Source: Candidatus Caldatribacterium sp. SIUC1 (lineage in GTDB: Bacteria > Atribacterota > Atribacteria > Atribacterales > Caldatribacteriaceae). Taken from it: a stretch of 32,000 nucleotides of DNA. The stretch is taken from assembly GCF_051549785.1 (NCBI RefSeq), contig NZ_CP189974.1, forward strand, positions 1,253,491-1,285,490. The letters run 5' to 3'. Both the position numbers and the translations under genes were made by a program. Below are positions 31,841-32,000 of the stretch, piece after piece. The notes beneath the pieces are model-generated. The model made no database searches and was not told where the DNA came from. It saw only the letters and a program-made list of their open reading frames with translations. Position 1 is the first letter of the stretch, and the number at the start of each line of letters is the position of its first letter.

Positions 31841-32000
31841 GCTTTTTCCGTCTTGGTGAGCTGGCAGGAATCATTGGGGGTCACCTTTTTGGTGACCCTG
31901 ATTTTGTCGTCAGGGGCGTTCAGGAGCCTCAGAGAGCTGAAGAAGAGGACTTGATTTTCCTCTTCGATGCCCGTGCTCTTCCTGAGGTGCTCTCGTCCCG
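31837..32000 (+). CDS. lpxD: UDP-3-O-acylglucosamine N-acyltransferase LpxD, N-terminal fragment (runs off the window)
   Basis: My translation from GTG 31837 (overlapping the skp stop as GTGA, with GAAGGAGAAG upstream) is VSFFRLGELAGIIGGHLFGDPDFVVRGVQEPQRAEEEDLIFLFDARALPEVLSS. This fits the LpxD N-terminal pattern (L.ELA..LGG.L.GD....I.GV..L..A....L.FL) and the classical bamA-skp-lpxD order. It is absent from the ORF track because it is truncated. Confidence 0.65.
   Translation, partial: MSFFRLGELAGIIGGHLFGDPDFVVRGVQEPQRAEEEDLIFLFDARALPEVLSS

Noticed and set aside
1-32000. Mobile elements, prophage, defence islands, CRISPR arrays, tRNA/rRNA genes
   Set aside because: I found no transposase, integrase or recombinase-like ORFs, no terminal inverted repeats, and no regularly spaced short repeats. 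No non-coding gap is long enough for an rRNA, and the few short gaps that could hold a tRNA showed no cloverleaf-like structure by eye. Gene content and codon style look uniform across the window, so it reads as core chromosome.

Overview
Gene-dense bacterial chromosomal window with about 36 protein-coding genes, only two on the minus strand. I saw no rRNA, tRNA, CRISPR array, transposase or integrase. Genes are tightly packed, with many 1-13 nt start/stop overlaps and GGAGG/GGGGGAG-type ribosome-binding sites (RBS). The proteins are rich in E/R/K/L. Together with BamA, TamB, Skp and LpxD this suggests a thermophile-like, LPS-bearing diderm, but I cannot name the taxon from sequence alone.

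Gene order:
- 3' end of an Ig-like surface protein
- small convergent 2-TM ORF (minus strand)
- AzgA-type purine permease
- ornithine/lysine decarboxylase
- a long translationally coupled block: sufC, sufB/D, stand-alone AsnC/RAM domain, LexA-like repressor, YjbQ, Fe-alcohol dehydrogenase, cupin, PflX-type radical SAM, DUF2148, and a TM/acidic-linker hypothetical
- a 53-codon micro-ORF
- an 831-aa TM/coiled-coil/LysM protein
- nitroreductase, DUF951, ychF
- a B12-type radical SAM gene (minus strand)
- a second long plus-strand block: malic enzyme, fumarase alpha and beta, SDH-family Clp-fold protease, topoisomerase III, murA, mreB, S55 (SpoIVB-like) peptidase, tamB, bamA, skp, and the start of lpxD

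Most interesting observations:
1. The S55 peptidase has its Ser motif upstream of its His motif, the reverse of SpoIVB. It sits where mreC/mreD normally follow mreB, and its 3' end overlaps tamB.
2. A candidate envelope module combines a ZipA-like-architecture hypothetical, a TM microprotein, and a giant membrane-anchored coiled-coil LysM protein with an internal 291-nt-spaced repeat.
3. The LexA homologue lacks the Ala-Gly cleavage site and both residues of the Ser/Lys catalytic dyad. It is embedded with a RAM-domain protein in an Fe-S-themed operon.
4. An identical 13-nt extended -10 element occurs twice, and there are two candidate leaderless or near-leaderless starts.
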